Shown here piece after piece: positions 1 to 9,992 of a DNA stretch of 64,000 bases. A program made the position numbers and the translations under genes. This DNA comes from Thermodesulfobacteriota bacterium (lineage in GTDB: Bacteria > Desulfobacterota > Binatia > Bin18), in contig OZ219926.1 of assembly GCA_964291405.2 (NCBI GenBank), positions 1,536,001 through 1,600,000 of the forward strand. The letters are read 5' to 3'. The first letter of the stretch is position 1. Every line of letters begins with the position of its first letter. The notes under the pieces were generated by a model. That model was not told the DNA's origin and searched no databases. It was given only the letters and a program-made list of their open reading frames with translations.

Positions 1-825
1 GACGCTGGCATCAAAACGGGTGGTCGTCATACTGACTTTGGGATGACACACGACATGGCCACGAGCCATCTCCGCCTTATCCAGTCCGACCAGATTCAGC
101 GCAACCCGCTGCCCCCAATGCGCTTCGGACATGTCCTCCCCATGGACTTGGAGCGAACGCACGCGCGCTTCGCTCTGCGTCGGAAGCACGCGGACGGTCT
201 CACCTTCTCGGACGGTTCCGGCCAGCGCGGTTCCGGTCACAACAACCCCGTGCCCTTTGAGCGTAAAGACCCGATCGACCGGCAGCCGAAAGTATCCGGG
301 CTGGGAGGGCCGGCTATAGGCTTCAAGCTGCCGCGCAATCTCCTGTTGCAGGCTGTCCAAACCTTGACCGGTAATAGAGGAGACCGGCAGGATGGGTGCA
401 TCTTCAAAAATGGTGTCAATCGTCAGAATTTCGATTTCTTCCCGGACCTCTTCAATCCGCTCGGGACCCACCATATCGGCTTTTGTAATAACGAAGAGAC
501 CTTTTTGGACGCCCAGCAAGTGGAGAAAATCGAAATGCTCTTCGGTTTGGGGCATCACGCCATCGTCCGCGGCAACGGTAAACAGCACCAAGTCTATCCC
601 TTGGGCGCCGGCCAGCATATTGCGGATAAAACGCTCGTGACCAGGCACATCAACGATCCCGGCCCGTTCACCATTGGGCAAATCCAGATAGGCAAAGCCG
701 AGATCAATGGAGATGCCCCGTTCCTTTTCCTCTTTGAGCCGGTCAGTGTCGTGTCCGGTCAGAGCCTTGAGCAAGGAGGTCTTGCCGTGGTCAATATGTC
801 CGGCAGTGCCAATAATATGCGGCAT
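1..825 (-). CDS. selB: Selenocysteine-specific translation elongation factor SelB (5' part; runs off window start)
   Basis: Not in the ORF track; manual minus-strand translation from ATG at 825 gives [47 protein letters not shown], the SelB G1/G2 signature. Confidence 0.93.
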   Translation of the reverse strand, partial: MPHIIGTAGHIDHGKTSLLKALTGHDTDRLKEEKERGISIDLGFAYLDLPNGERAGIVDVPGHERFIRNMLAGAQGIDLVLFTVAADDGVMPQTEEHFDFLHLLGVQKGLFVITKADMVGPERIEEVREEIEILTIDTIFEDAPILPVSSITGQGLDSLQQEIARQLEAYSRPSQPGYFRLPVDRVFTLKGHGVVVTGTALAGTVREGETVRVLPTQSEARVRSLQVHGEDMSEAHWGQRVALNLVGLDKAEMARGHVVCHPKVSMTTTRFDASV

Positions 826-956
826 AACGCGCCCCTGAGACAGGAGCGCATTGTGTCAAAAAGAAGGGTGGAAAGAAATCCCTCAAAAGCAAATAGTGAT
901 CCAGACGGCCAAGACGAGACACCGAGACTTGTGCTATCAAGCGTGCTTGACCCTGT

Positions 957-1601
957 ATGAAACAACTCGCACACCTGAGCCCTGAAGAAGTCAGGCAGAC
1001 CGCTCGCACGACCCTCGCTTTCTATGACCGGTTTGCAGAAGCGTTCTGGCACGGGACGCAGGACCACGACGTCAGTCAGAACCGGGCCGCCCTGCTCGAT
1101 CATGTAGCGGGAGACGGCCCGTATTCCATCCTCGACTTCGGCTGCGGTCCGGGCCGTGACCTGGCAGCCTTTCGCGACCTGGGCCACGAGGCCGTTGGCC
1201 TGGACGGTGCGGAACGCTTTGTTGAAATGGCCAGACGACAGACGGGCTGCGAGGTGTGGCATCAGGATTTTCTTGATCTGAGATTACCGCCTGAGCGCTT
1301 TGACGGCATCTTTGCCAATGCCTCCCTCTTTCATATTCCGAGCCAGGAGTTGCCGCGAATTCTCAGGCAGCTTTGGGACACGCTTAAACCAAACGGAATT
1401 CTGTTCAGCTCAAACCCGCGCGGGCATGACCAAGAAGGCTGGCAAGACCATCGCTATAGCAGTTTCTACACGTTTGAGACCTGGCGACAGCTCCTCACGC
1501 AGACACAGTTTCAAGAAGTCATGCATTACTACCGTCCACCCGGAAAACCGCGCCAGCAGCAGCCCTGGCTGGCCACCGTGTGGCGCAAGGCCGTTGCCTA
1601 G
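957..1601 (+). CDS. Class I SAM-dependent methyltransferase
   Basis: ILDFGCGPGRD motif I, FDGIFANASLFH, LKPNG. Confidence 0.9.
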   Translation: MKQLAHLSPEEVRQTARTTLAFYDRFAEAFWHGTQDHDVSQNRAALLDHVAGDGPYSILDFGCGPGRDLAAFRDLGHEAVGLDGAERFVEMARRQTGCEVWHQDFLDLRLPPERFDGIFANASLFHIPSQELPRILRQLWDTLKPNGILFSSNPRGHDQEGWQDHRYSSFYTFETWRQLLTQTQFQEVMHYYRPPGKPRQQQPWLATVWRKAVA

Positions 1602-1681
1602 GCGGCCGTTCCGCCGCACGGCGGAGAACTACTCCTACCGTCTGTTCTCTGCTATGTGTCGCACACGAAAGGAGCACGACG

Positions 1682-2161
1682 ATGCGGAACAATGCGTACA
1701 GGACCATCGTATGGGGGGCCATCCTTACCCTCAGCCTGACCGGCGTGGTGTGGGCTGAGGGGGACAAACGGACGGTTGAGAGCTTTCTGGCCGAAAGTCG
1801 GAATGCCACCATGGCCACGATTCGAGCCAATGGCACTCCCCAGCTCACCCCGGTCTGGTTTGTATGGGATGGTGAGCAATTTATCATCTCCATTACCACC
1901 GAGCGCGCCAAATATAAAAACCTGGTCCGCGACGCCCGCATGAGCCTGTGCATCGACGACGTCACCGGCTTTGGCTATGTCACGGCTGAGGGCAAGGTCG
2001 AAATCCGCGAGCAGGATATTTGGGAGGATACCCGAAAAATCCTGGTGAAATATCAGGGCGAGGAAGGCGGCGCGGAATATCTGGAACGCATGAAAACGGA
2101 ACCCCGGGTTCTGGTTGTCATGAAGCCCACCCGGATGGAGACCATGGGGTTGGCAAAATAA
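1682..2161 (+). CDS. PPOX-class (pyridoxamine 5'-phosphate oxidase-like) F420-dependent oxidoreductase with N-terminal signal-peptide-like segment
   Basis: ATMATIRANGTPQLTPVWF and RAKYKNLVRDARMSLCI motifs; SD AAGGAG upstream of ATG 1682. Confidence 0.82.
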   Translation: MRNNAYRTIVWGAILTLSLTGVVWAEGDKRTVESFLAESRNATMATIRANGTPQLTPVWFVWDGEQFIISITTERAKYKNLVRDARMSLCIDDVTGFGYVTAEGKVEIREQDIWEDTRKILVKYQGEEGGAEYLERMKTEPRVLVVMKPTRMETMGLAK

Positions 2162-2175
2162 CGTCGGCCCCTGTG

Positions 2176-2505
2176 CTACGCCGGGGACCGAGTTGTTCCA
2201 CATTTCCAGCAGGCGGTAAACTGGCCTTCCAGATTCTCCCCGCAGCGTAGACAGCGCCAGGGGGGCGCGCCTTCCTGGTCGGCCCGAGCACCGTGATCAT
2301 AGGCTTGGGCGATCGTCCGGCCCTGGTCAAAGTCCATGTCGTTCGCCACCCACACGGAAGGATTGGTATCAGCGGTGACCGGCAGGCTGCCACGGAGAGG
2401 AAATAGATGCTCGCCCTGGACAATGGCTTCGATGCCCTCGGCTTCGAGCAGTCCCTTGACCAGATGCGCTTCGGTCGGGTCGTGAGCGGTGTAGACACGC
2501 TTCAT
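2176..2505 (-). CDS. DUF2007-like (PII-fold) protein with C-terminal zinc ribbon
   Basis: EAHLVKGLLEAEGIEA N-domain; WRCLRCGE...FTACWKCG zinc finger. Confidence 0.8.
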   Translation of the reverse strand: MKRVYTAHDPTEAHLVKGLLEAEGIEAIVQGEHLFPLRGSLPVTADTNPSVWVANDMDFDQGRTIAQAYDHGARADQEGAPPWRCLRCGENLEGQFTACWKCGTTRSPA

Positions 2506-2524
2506 AGCGGTTGACCGGCTCTCT

Positions 2525-3946
2525 TTAGGGAAAAATACCGAGTTCCATATACGAGACGGCAATTTTTTTCATCGCGCTGATAAAGGCTGCCGTGCGCAGG
2601 TCGGGCACCCGTGAATCCCCTTTCCACTCTTCATAGATCTGATGATAGGCGGTAATCATGGTTTCCTCCAGCCCCGAATTCACCAGATCGATTTCATCCG
2701 CACCATGCACAATTGCCCGGCGCTCCGCCTCCGGCAGCCAGGTGTCCGTCAGGCGCTCAATCGTGTGAAGAATCTTATCAAAGGCGGATTGCTCAAAGCG
2801 CTTGCCCATCCGACCCAGTTGGACATGAGACAGATTCTTCAGCCACTCAAAATACGAGACCGTCACCCCACCGGCGTTCAGATACACATCGGGAATGATC
2901 CACACGCCCCTGGCGGATAAGATGTCCTCAGCCTGGGCGGTGACCGGGCCGTTGGCGGCCTCGGCAACGATCTTGGCCTGGATGCGGGGAGCATTCGTCT
3001 CGGTAATTTGGTTTTCGAGTGCGGCCGGAATCAGGATGTCACACTCCCGTTCTAAAACAGCAGAGGATGGGGCGATGTTCTCCGCCCCCGGGAAATCAAG
3101 AATGGAACGCGTCTCTCGCCGGTGGGCGAGGACCGCGGCAACATCGAGTCCCCGCGGGTTATAAATCCCGCCTTCATATTCGGCAATACCGACAATCCGA
3201 CAGCCTCCCTCCTGGCAGAATTTCGCCGTATGAGAACCTACATTGCCAAGCCCCTGCACAACGACCGTCTTGTCCTCCAGCCCGGGGCTCAGGCCGATCC
3301 GTTTCATATCTTCAGCCTGTTCACACGCTTCGCGCAGCCCGAAATACACTCCGCGCCCGGTTGCCTCGACCCGGCCTTGTATCCCACCTTGGGTGATGGG
3401 CTTTCCGGTCACACAGGCCGCGGCGTCAATCTGGCCCGGATAAAACGAGGCATAGGTATCAAAAATCCAGGCCATCTCACGGCCGCCGGTGCCATAATCG
3501 GGAGCCGGGACGTCAACGCCGGGACCAATGAAATTCTTCTTGATCAGTTCGGCCGTATAGCGTCGCGTGATCCGCTCTATTTCGTCAGGCGTATAGCGAT
3601 TCGGATCGATCTGGACCCCACCCTTTGCGCCCCCGAATGGGACGTCAACCAGAGCGCATTTATACGTCATCAATGCCGCCAGCGCCTTGACCTCATGTTC
3701 GCTCACCTCTGGCGCATACCGAATGCCGCCCTTACACGGCGCTTTGTGGTGGCTGTGTTGCACCCGCCAGCCGGAGATGACCTCGTAGCCGTGCTGCGTT
3801 TTTATGGGGAAATGCACGGTATACACGCTGTTACAGGTGCGTATCTGCGCGAGCAGGCCCTCCGGATAGGTCAGGAATCGGGCCGCCCTATCGAAACTCC
3901 GGTTCACGTTCTCAAAAAAACCGAGTGTTCCGTTTGTCTTTGGCAT
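2525..3946 (-). CDS. gdhA: Glutamate dehydrogenase (Glu/Leu/Phe/Val dehydrogenase family)
   Basis: [54 protein letters not shown]. Confidence 0.9.
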   Translation of the reverse strand: MPKTNGTLGFFENVNRSFDRAARFLTYPEGLLAQIRTCNSVYTVHFPIKTQHGYEVISGWRVQHSHHKAPCKGGIRYAPEVSEHEVKALAALMTYKCALVDVPFGGAKGGVQIDPNRYTPDEIERITRRYTAELIKKNFIGPGVDVPAPDYGTGGREMAWIFDTYASFYPGQIDAAACVTGKPITQGGIQGRVEATGRGVYFGLREACEQAEDMKRIGLSPGLEDKTVVVQGLGNVGSHTAKFCQEGGCRIVGIAEYEGGIYNPRGLDVAAVLAHRRETRSILDFPGAENIAPSSAVLERECDILIPAALENQITETNAPRIQAKIVAEAANGPVTAQAEDILSARGVWIIPDVYLNAGGVTVSYFEWLKNLSHVQLGRMGKRFEQSAFDKILHTIERLTDTWLPEAERRAIVHGADEIDLVNSGLEETMITAYHQIYEEWKGDSRVPDLRTAAFISAMKKIAVSYMELGIFP

Positions 3947-4060
3947 GAGACTCCCCTCCCCTCCATGTTCGTTGACTTCGTTTATTGTATCAGAACATAA
4001 AAGAGGTTTTGGGCACCCCAGCGTTATATTTATTCGCCCCATTGACCTAGACGGAGAGGC

Positions 4061-5230
4061 ATGAAACCTCGGGCCATTATGCACCCGCACCCATCATTGC
4101 CCTTCTCCCGGTATCAGGATGCGACGGGCCCGGAACGGATTCTCTCCTTTTATGATCCGGCCAGTCAGATGCGAGCGGTGATTGTCATTGATACGACCGC
4201 TTTCGGCATGAGCGCGGGTGGCGTGCGGATGCTGCCCGACCTGTCGGTTGAAGAGATGATCCGCCTGGCTCGGGCTATGACGTATAAATATCTGATGCTC
4301 GAATTCCCGGCCGGGGGTGCAAAAGCCGGCATCTGGTACGACCCGGCTACCCAGGACCGCCAGGCAGTTCTGGACGCGTTTCTCCAGGTTCTTCAGCCCC
4401 TGTACGAAAAACGGACCTATTATCCTGGCGCGGACATGGGGACATCGGACGATGACTTTCTGCCGTTACGGAACGCGGCGGGGAAGCGGCGCTATAGTGG
4501 GTTGCGGACCAAACAGTTTGAGGGATTGCCACTTGAAGACCAATTGACAGGCTTTGGCGTGGTTGAGTCAGCCCTGGTGGCGGCCAAGGCCTTTCAACTG
4601 CCCGTACACGGCGCAACGGTTGCCATTGAGGGGTTCGGCAAGGTTGGGGGCGGGGCGGCCCGTTTCTTTATCCGTGCGGGAGCCCAGGCGGTGGCCGTCT
4701 CAACTCTGGCCGGCACCCGTTACGACCCGAAGGGTCTGGATGTCGAGAGGCTCTTGGAACTGCGCCAAGAGTATGGAGATGAGGTCGTCCGTCACTATCG
4801 AGGCGGGAGGCTGCTCTCTCGGCGCACACTCTTCACGCTGCCGGTTGATATCCTCATTCCCGGCGCCCGCCCGGATGTTATCCATGCCAAGAATGTTGAG
4901 CGGATTCAGGCCAAACTGGTTGTCCCGGCCGCGAACATTCCGTTTCGGCCGTCGATTGCGAACCGCCTGTCCCAGCGCGGGGTCGGCGTCGTGCCCGATT
5001 TTGTCTCAAACGGCGGCGGGGTCCTGGCCGCGCTGGCCGATATCAAGGGACTCGGGACCGAGAAATCCTTTACCTTTGTCAGTGAACATATTCGGAAGAA
5101 TACCAAACTGGTACTTTCGCGGAGCAAACGCTCGCGCTGTACGCCGTTTGAGGCGGCACTCAGGATTGTTCGAGAGCGCTGGAAAAAGACCGCGCAGACA
5201 CGTCAGCCGCTTGTTGCCGATGACGCGTAA
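4061..5230 (+). CDS. Glu/Leu/Phe/Val dehydrogenase family protein, probably not glutamate-specific
   Basis: [39 protein letters not shown]. Confidence 0.85.
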   Translation: MKPRAIMHPHPSLPFSRYQDATGPERILSFYDPASQMRAVIVIDTTAFGMSAGGVRMLPDLSVEEMIRLARAMTYKYLMLEFPAGGAKAGIWYDPATQDRQAVLDAFLQVLQPLYEKRTYYPGADMGTSDDDFLPLRNAAGKRRYSGLRTKQFEGLPLEDQLTGFGVVESALVAAKAFQLPVHGATVAIEGFGKVGGGAARFFIRAGAQAVAVSTLAGTRYDPKGLDVERLLELRQEYGDEVVRHYRGGRLLSRRTLFTLPVDILIPGARPDVIHAKNVERIQAKLVVPAANIPFRPSIANRLSQRGVGVVPDFVSNGGGVLAALADIKGLGTEKSFTFVSEHIRKNTKLVLSRSKRSRCTPFEAALRIVRERWKKTAQTRQPLVADDA

Positions 5231-5287
5231 CGGCATGTTGCTTTTTCCTCAAGCGGGAGCCCAGAATCGTAGAACGGAGAGAAAAGT

Positions 5288-6160
5288 ATGGAGTTTCACA
5301 CACGCACAGTCACGGCAAACGGCATCCACTTTCACTGCCTCGAAGTTGGTCGCGGGCCGCTCGTCCTGTGTTTGCACGGCTTTCCGGATAATGCCTATAC
5401 CTATCGCACCCTCCTACCGGTCCTGGCCGAGGCGGGTTTTCATGCGGTCGCGCCGTTCATGCGCGGCTATGCCCCGACGTCTGCCCCAGCGGACGGACGC
5501 TATCAATCGGTCCTGCTCGCGCAAGACGCCGTCGCGTTGATTACGGCTTTAGGAGCTGAGCAGGCGAGTGTCGTTGGACATGACTGGGGCGCGTTTGCGA
5601 CCTTTGGAGCGGCCGCCCTCGCGCCGGAACAGATACAAAAAATTGTCGTCCTTGCAGTCGCGCATCCGGGGGCCATGCTGGGCGCATTAGCCTCGGACTA
5701 CGACATGATCAAAGGCGGCTGGCACGCCTACTTTTTTCAGATGCCGTTTGCCGAACAAGCGGTCTCAGCCCACGATCTCGCCTTTATCGAGCGCTGGTGG
5801 CAGGACGCCTCGCCCGAGTATGATATTCCGACAGAGATCATAGCCAGTGTGAAAGAGACTTTTCGGCAGCCGGGAGTGGTGACCGCCGCGCTCAATTACT
5901 ACCGGCATACGTTTCACCCTGATAATCGAGACCCGGCCTTACAGGCCCTCCAGGAAAAGATGGCCGCCCCCACCACGGTTCCGACGCTTGCCCTGCATGG
6001 GACACGAGACCGGCCAGGCCGTCTTACGGCGTTCAACGCCATGGACCATTTGTTCACCCAGGGCCTGGAAAAAGAAATCTATCCGGGGCTTGGACATTTC
6101 CTGCATCTGGAAAAGCCAGACGAAATCAACCCACGGGTTGTTGAATTCCTCACATCGTGA
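5288..6160 (+). CDS. Alpha/beta hydrolase, epoxide hydrolase-like
   Basis: LHGFPD, VGHDWGA (Asp nucleophile), ALNYYR, GHFLHLEKP. Confidence 0.9.
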   Translation: MEFHTRTVTANGIHFHCLEVGRGPLVLCLHGFPDNAYTYRTLLPVLAEAGFHAVAPFMRGYAPTSAPADGRYQSVLLAQDAVALITALGAEQASVVGHDWGAFATFGAAALAPEQIQKIVVLAVAHPGAMLGALASDYDMIKGGWHAYFFQMPFAEQAVSAHDLAFIERWWQDASPEYDIPTEIIASVKETFRQPGVVTAALNYYRHTFHPDNRDPALQALQEKMAAPTTVPTLALHGTRDRPGRLTAFNAMDHLFTQGLEKEIYPGLGHFLHLEKPDEINPRVVEFLTS

Positions 6161-6217
6161 ATGTGCGTGAGAAGAATCTTCTGGGCTTACCAGGAGAACC
6201 GCTGCTTACTCCACCCT

Positions 6218-7126
6218 CTACCGAAACGCCTCGATCACTTCCTGCAAGGCGACCATTTGGTTGCCGTTGGCTGACGAGGGCACCAGAATGGGCGTTTTGA
6301 GGCCGGTATCATACCAGGCTTCCACGCCGGCTCTGACCTCGGACACACTGCCGTACAGGGTGACCTGACTCAGCCAGCGGTCAGACATGAGAGACGGGAT
6401 TTTCTCGTCTTCCTTATTGGCCATGGCCTGCTGGATGGCCCGCATTTCCTCTTCATAGCCGGCTTCGATCCAATACTGCTGGTAGTTGGGTAAGCGGACA
6501 TAGGTGCTGAGTGTCCGTCGGTGGACTTTCGCGGCTGCCTCTTTATCGTCCGAGATAACAGTCGGAATCATATTGCCAACAAAAAAATCATCGTCCTGCA
6601 TTTTCTCCTGCGGCAGAAAGCCCAGCGACGTGACCATATGCGACCGGGCCGCATTGGCCCATACCGCGCCCTGAGAAATCTCGGCCGACAGTTTGACCAT
6701 GGCCTTGCGTAAGGTGGCCAGGACAATGGGCGGCAGCGCATCCTTTCGGCCAACGCTGCCGTGCAGATCGGAGACAAATTGACGCATATCGGCCAGTGGC
6801 TTGCCGGCCTTCACCTTCAGGCGGTTCAGCATCGGGCCGTGGCTCACGCCCACGCCAAACCGGAAGCGTCCGCCCGAGACCTCATGAATAAGGGCCGCAG
6901 TTTGGGCAAAATCATACGGATGGCGGGTATACATATTGGCAATGCTGGTCCCGAACGGAATCTCGTTGGTGGCAAAGGCCAGGGCCTCGCACAGGCCAAT
7001 ACAGTCGCCCACACTCTGACAGTAAATGCCGCTGAAGCCTTCCTGCTCGATTTGGGTTGCCACTTCCAGGGTTTGTTTTCTTCGTCCAGCAACGGCGACT
7101 AAGGCGATGGCCGGTTTCTGCGTCAT
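6218..7126 (-). CDS. LLM-class flavin/F420-dependent oxidoreductase
   Basis: FGTSIANMYTRHP, SGGRFRFGVGVSH. Confidence 0.88.
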   Translation of the reverse strand: MTQKPAIALVAVAGRRKQTLEVATQIEQEGFSGIYCQSVGDCIGLCEALAFATNEIPFGTSIANMYTRHPYDFAQTAALIHEVSGGRFRFGVGVSHGPMLNRLKVKAGKPLADMRQFVSDLHGSVGRKDALPPIVLATLRKAMVKLSAEISQGAVWANAARSHMVTSLGFLPQEKMQDDDFFVGNMIPTVISDDKEAAAKVHRRTLSTYVRLPNYQQYWIEAGYEEEMRAIQQAMANKEDEKIPSLMSDRWLSQVTLYGSVSEVRAGVEAWYDTGLKTPILVPSSANGNQMVALQEVIEAFR

Positions 7127-7227
7127 AGAGCCTCCTTCTTAAGTTTCAAAGCCGCCGGATTGTAGCTGGTGTGAGCGGAAGTTGCTATCGAGTACGGGGA
7201 CAAGCCGGTCCCCGCATGTGGCTGAAC

Positions 7228-7251
7228 AAAAAAGGCCGGCAAAGCCGGCCT
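7228..7251 (-). terminator. Rho-independent terminator downstream of the ABM gene
   Basis: AGGCCGGC-AAA-GCCGGCCT stem next to an A6 run (U-tract on the minus strand). Confidence 0.7.
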
Positions 7252-7280
7252 GTCCAAAATCCAAATCAGAGCGGAATGTG

Positions 7281-7577
7281 CTACACGTCAATGCGGTCGT
7301 AATATCGAATACTCGCCGGACTGGCCAACTTTGAGCTGAGATTCTCAAAATCGCCTCTCTCGGTCCGCCAGTTCAGATATTTCTGATAGTGCTCGCGAGA
7401 ATCCCAGAGTTCGTAGAACACGAGGTTGGTCGACTCGTCGAGATTGCCGTAGATATCAATGCCCTGGCAGCCGTCGTAGGCCCGCGTATCCGGTAATGCC
7501 TCTCTCAGATAATCTTTCACCTCTTCCACGCATTCGGGTTTGACTTGTATTTCCAGCAGAACAACCGTTGTACCCAT
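7281..7577 (-). CDS. Antibiotic biosynthesis monooxygenase (ABM) domain protein
   Basis: LPDTRAYDGC, YELWDSREHYQKYLNWR; SD AGGAGG. Confidence 0.85.
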   Translation of the reverse strand: MGTTVVLLEIQVKPECVEEVKDYLREALPDTRAYDGCQGIDIYGNLDESTNLVFYELWDSREHYQKYLNWRTERGDFENLSSKLASPASIRYYDRIDV

Positions 7578-7699
7578 TCTGGTCTCCTCCTTTATGAATA
7601 TGTCTCTGCGTATTGAGTTGCACGGCCTTGCCAGGATATCAACCCCTGGACCTGACAATAGGTCTTGCGCTATAAGAAAAGAAAAAACAGGAGGTGATT

Positions 7700-7906
7700 A
7701 TGCCACAAGTAATTGGTGGAGAAATCGGTGAGATTAAAGAGGACCTTTGGTCCTGCGGTCCCTGTCAGGACACCACTGGCGTCGAGCATAAGGACACCCT
7801 GGCCAGGGTGCTGATGTGCTGTGCCACCAAGCACGATGCCTGGGAAACCACTCAGGACGCAGAGAAAAAGATCGTCACAATTAAGTCCCGAAAGGCGGAC
7901 CGTTAA
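7700..7906 (+). CDS. Small (68 aa) Cys-containing hypothetical protein
   Basis: Strong SD GGAGGTG just upstream of the ATG, followed by a strong terminator; CGPC and CC motifs. Confidence 0.7.
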   Translation: MPQVIGGEIGEIKEDLWSCGPCQDTTGVEHKDTLARVLMCCATKHDAWETTQDAEKKIVTIKSRKADR

Positions 7907-7948
7907 GCGCCGGCGCTGGCCAGCGATATTCGCGTTGATACAGCATAC

Positions 7949-7980
7949 GAGCCCACCGCACCCCGGTGGGCTCTTTTTTT
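7949..7980 (+). terminator. Rho-independent terminator
   Basis: GAGCCCACCG-CACCC-CGGTGGGCTC followed by T7. Confidence 0.85.
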
Positions 7981-8066
7981 CTTTCCCGTGCAGGCCAGCC
8001 CTTGCCGTCCGGTGACGACTCGCATATGCAACCAGAAAAATCCATACGGACGAAGGAGGGCCAGGC

Positions 8067-8888
8067 ATGAGTTATTGGCAGACTGAACAGAGTGACGGAG
8101 TCGTGATCGCAAAATACCATAACCCGCCGATGAATTATTTCTGTGCGGAAGGCACCCAGGAGTTGTGGAAACTGATCGAGGACTGGCGCGACCCCGCTAT
8201 CCGGGCCGTCGTGTTAACCGGCGCGATGGAAGGCAAGTTCATTACCCACTACAGCGTGGAAGAGTTGGTTGATCTGGCCAAGGACCGGGAAGCCATGCGG
8301 CTGGCTGGCACCTCGCTGACCACCGCCTATCATGCCATGCTGAAGAATTTGAGCGACCTGCCCAAGGCTATCATCGTTGCCATGAACGGGGACACCATGG
8401 GCGGGGGGTTTGAACTGAGCCTGTCGTGCGACCTGCGTATCGGTCAAAAAGGTGACTATCGCTACGGGTTTCCGGAAGTCAAACTCGGCATTCTGCCTGG
8501 CGGCAGCGGCACCCAGCGTCTGTCGCGGCTGATCGGGATCGGACGCGCGCTTGAGTTTGTGATTCGCTCTCGCGTGGTCCCGCCCGACGAAGCGCTCCAT
8601 TTCGGTCTGGTCCACGAAGTAGCCGACGACGCGCTCGCCCGCGCCACGGAAATCGCCCACGAGATTGCCAACTTCCCGCCGATTGCCGTCGCCCGCGCCA
8701 AGCACGCGGTCTATGCCGGCAACGATACTCACCTCGCCGCCGGGCTCGATATTGAAAGCTCGGCCTTTCTGGAAACTATGTTGTCCGAGGACGGCCTGCT
8801 GGCCATGCAGACCTATATCGATCTGCCGTACGAGAAACGGCGCGACTGGCTCGATAACCCAACCAACCCCGGCTATACAGGCAAGTAA
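8067..8888 (+). CDS. Enoyl-CoA hydratase/isomerase family protein
   Basis: GGGFELSLSCDLRI, PEVKLGILPGGSGTQRL. Confidence 0.92.
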   Translation: MSYWQTEQSDGVVIAKYHNPPMNYFCAEGTQELWKLIEDWRDPAIRAVVLTGAMEGKFITHYSVEELVDLAKDREAMRLAGTSLTTAYHAMLKNLSDLPKAIIVAMNGDTMGGGFELSLSCDLRIGQKGDYRYGFPEVKLGILPGGSGTQRLSRLIGIGRALEFVIRSRVVPPDEALHFGLVHEVADDALARATEIAHEIANFPPIAVARAKHAVYAGNDTHLAAGLDIESSAFLETMLSEDGLLAMQTYIDLPYEKRRDWLDNPTNPGYTGK

Positions 8889-8992
8889 CCGCTCTCTTCT
8901 CTCGGAAACCCTCTATTGGTTTCCGAGAGATATTCCTTTTTCATAAAGACTATCGTCCTCGAAAGACACCATAGAGAGCGAGAAGAATCATT

Positions 8993-9451
8993 ATGCACAT
9001 CTCGGGAATGATGCACGTCAATGTCAACTGTCGTGACTATGAGCGTTCGCGTCAGTTTTACGAGTTGCTCGGGTTCAAGGTCATGTGGGAAGTACCGGAG
9101 CGGAACACCCCGGAAGTGGCGGCCGCGGTCGGCATGCCACCGTATCTTGTACGGGGTGCCTTGCTCCAGCTAGAGAGCTCACCCACCACACCGCTTATCG
9201 ATCTCTTGGAATGGAAAGAGCCCCGGGACAACGACCCGCCATACCCGCATCTGTACCACCTCGGTATCGCTCGGATTGCTCTGCTCACCACAAATCTTGA
9301 TGCTGATGTTCAAACTCTGAAAGAGCACGGAGTCGAGTTTATCTCCAAGCCCGTCCTGCTCGATCCCCCTGACGCTCCGAGTGCGCGCTTTGTGTGCTTC
9401 AAAGACCCGGACGGCACCGTGCTGGAGCTGGTTGAGATGGAAGGACCCTAG
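8993..9451 (+). CDS. VOC (glyoxalase-like) family protein
   Basis: HVNVNCRDYERSRQFY, FKDPDGTVLELVE. Confidence 0.88.
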   Translation: MHISGMMHVNVNCRDYERSRQFYELLGFKVMWEVPERNTPEVAAAVGMPPYLVRGALLQLESSPTTPLIDLLEWKEPRDNDPPYPHLYHLGIARIALLTTNLDADVQTLKEHGVEFISKPVLLDPPDAPSARFVCFKDPDGTVLELVEMEGP

Positions 9452-9452
9452 A

Positions 9453-9953
9453 TTACCACGGTCGCCGGAACTCGCACTTGGGCAGCTTTGCCTGAAGCGC
9501 ATCTATGCCGCCGCGACTGGCCAGCGTGCTGCGCAGATTGAGCACGCGCAGCCCGCTCAGGCTTTGCAGGTGAACCAAGCCGGCGTCGCTGATCCGAGTG
9601 TCGTACAGCCACAGCACGCGCAGCCCGGTCAAATGGGCCAGATGGGCCAGACTGTCGTTATTTACCCGCGAGGCCGAGAGTTGCAGATATTGAATAGCGT
9701 GGGCGGGAATAGCGCGAAACGGCGAAAGATCGGTGGATGCCTGCGGGTTGACGTTGAGCCGGAGTTCTTTGCCGGCGGGAATGGCAAGACCCCCCTGTGC
9801 CCGACCAATCGGCTCCCAGAAGGCATAATCATCCGCGCGATGCACGCCATCCCGAACGAACAGCTCTCCCATGGAGCGGCCGGTGGGGAAGTGGAGGTCG
9901 CGGGCTGGTAGGCTGAGATGTTCTTCGGCGCTACCGTTGTTCATATCGGTCAT
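9453..9953 (-). CDS. Leucine-rich-repeat-containing hypothetical protein
   Basis: Repeats LAHLTGLRVLWLYDTRISDAGL / LQSLSGLRVLNLRST; start uncertain (9953 or 9962). Confidence 0.72.
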   Translation of the reverse strand: MTDMNNGSAEEHLSLPARDLHFPTGRSMGELFVRDGVHRADDYAFWEPIGRAQGGLAIPAGKELRLNVNPQASTDLSPFRAIPAHAIQYLQLSASRVNNDSLAHLAHLTGLRVLWLYDTRISDAGLVHLQSLSGLRVLNLRSTLASRGGIDALQAKLPKCEFRRPW

Positions 9954-9992
9954 GCCCGTCACGGCCGGAATACTCTCTGTCTCAAGGCCCGG

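Noticed and set aside
43-960. 305-aa plus-strand ORF
   Set aside because: Antisense shadow of selB, which is on the minus strand and missing from the ORF track because it runs off the window edge.
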